Assembly: GCA_032718475.1 (NCBI GenBank)
Contig: JAUCBJ010000373.1
Location: forward strand, 1-64,000
DNA length: 64,000 nt
Reading direction: 5' to 3'
From: Nemertoderma westbladi
Taxonomy: Eukaryota > Animalia > Xenacoelomorpha
This document shows, piece after piece, positions 63,329 to 64,000 of the stretch (its first letter is position 1; each line of letters opens with the position of its first letter). A model generated the notes under the pieces. The model worked only from the letters and a program-made list of their open reading frames with translations. It did no database searches and had not been told where the DNA came from. The position numbers were made by a program, and so were the translations under genes.

Positions 63329-64000
63329 TTGGTTTTGCCAAGTCTCGTTTTCCGTAAGGAGATCAATGGTATTCTCCTCATCGAAGAGTTGGTTGATATC
63401 GTCGTTATCTGAGGAGTATGGTGTTCCCTCAGTTGGATCGTCTAACTCACTGCTCTCCACTTCCCATTCTCTTACTTGATATACCTGATCTTTTGGTAAT
63501 CTTTCCATGAGAGTTCTACAGGAAGGGCCAGTAAAGTACCAACCCACTCTAGTTCTTCCCGCATAGGCTTGTAGTGGTTGCGGTTGAGCAGGCTGTTTCT
63601 CCAATGTCTCGTGCGCCTCATGCGCATTTTGACCGATGAGTATTTGCACTCCAGGGTAATCGGTATTGAATCTAGGTATATCAAGCTGCTGGGTGAAATC
63701 GTCCTCATCCCAGTTATAAGGTTCCACTTGGCTGGTAGCGAAGTTCTTTATCGCTACCATTTTTACTGACCTTATGCTGTGTTCTCCTAGTTCATCCTGG
63801 GGGGTGGACAACGCACCTACATAATAATCCGCTATTACTGTAGATTTCCAAACCTGCATAATTCCTGACATGTTTAACTTAGTTCGGAACTTGGGTTGTC
63901 CAGCAAAGATGTCTTCGGCTAGTTCTTTGTCAATGAATGTTCCTGTGCTACCGGAGTCAAGGAGGGCGTTCACTATATAACTCCTTTCAGGTCCGTGGAC
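63329..64000 (-). mobile_element. Second partial copy of the same BEL/Pao element (protease region), runs off window end
   Basis: Matches 61259-61930 (offset 2070) with roughly nine substitutions. Confidence 0.92.

Overview
AT-rich animal genomic DNA (probably a bilaterian invertebrate, not prokaryotic), dominated by tandem repeats and transposon debris. There are four recognisable host genes. Stomatin/band-7 (-), RNF212/Zip3-like meiotic RING ligase (-) and UCHL5/UCH37 (-) are each a single uninterrupted ORF. A two-exon caveolin (+) is only partly shown by the ORF track. Tandem arrays have units of 61, 19, 69, 63, 35, 20, 39 and about 20 bp (C-rich). Mobile elements include two 5'-truncated RTE-type LINE copies, a decayed BEL/Pao LTR retrotransposon, other LTR remnants, MITE/foldback elements and a 1.6-kb tandem duplication. 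The most striking structure is an 8.2-kb head-to-tail A-B-A-B array of non-autonomous Helitrons. Their ~147-bp internal repeats each carry a co-oriented bipartite CTCF-like site. Also notable are a degenerate minimal hammerhead ribozyme motif, and satellites that appear built from the splice acceptors of a decayed spliced gene hit by an RTE insertion.
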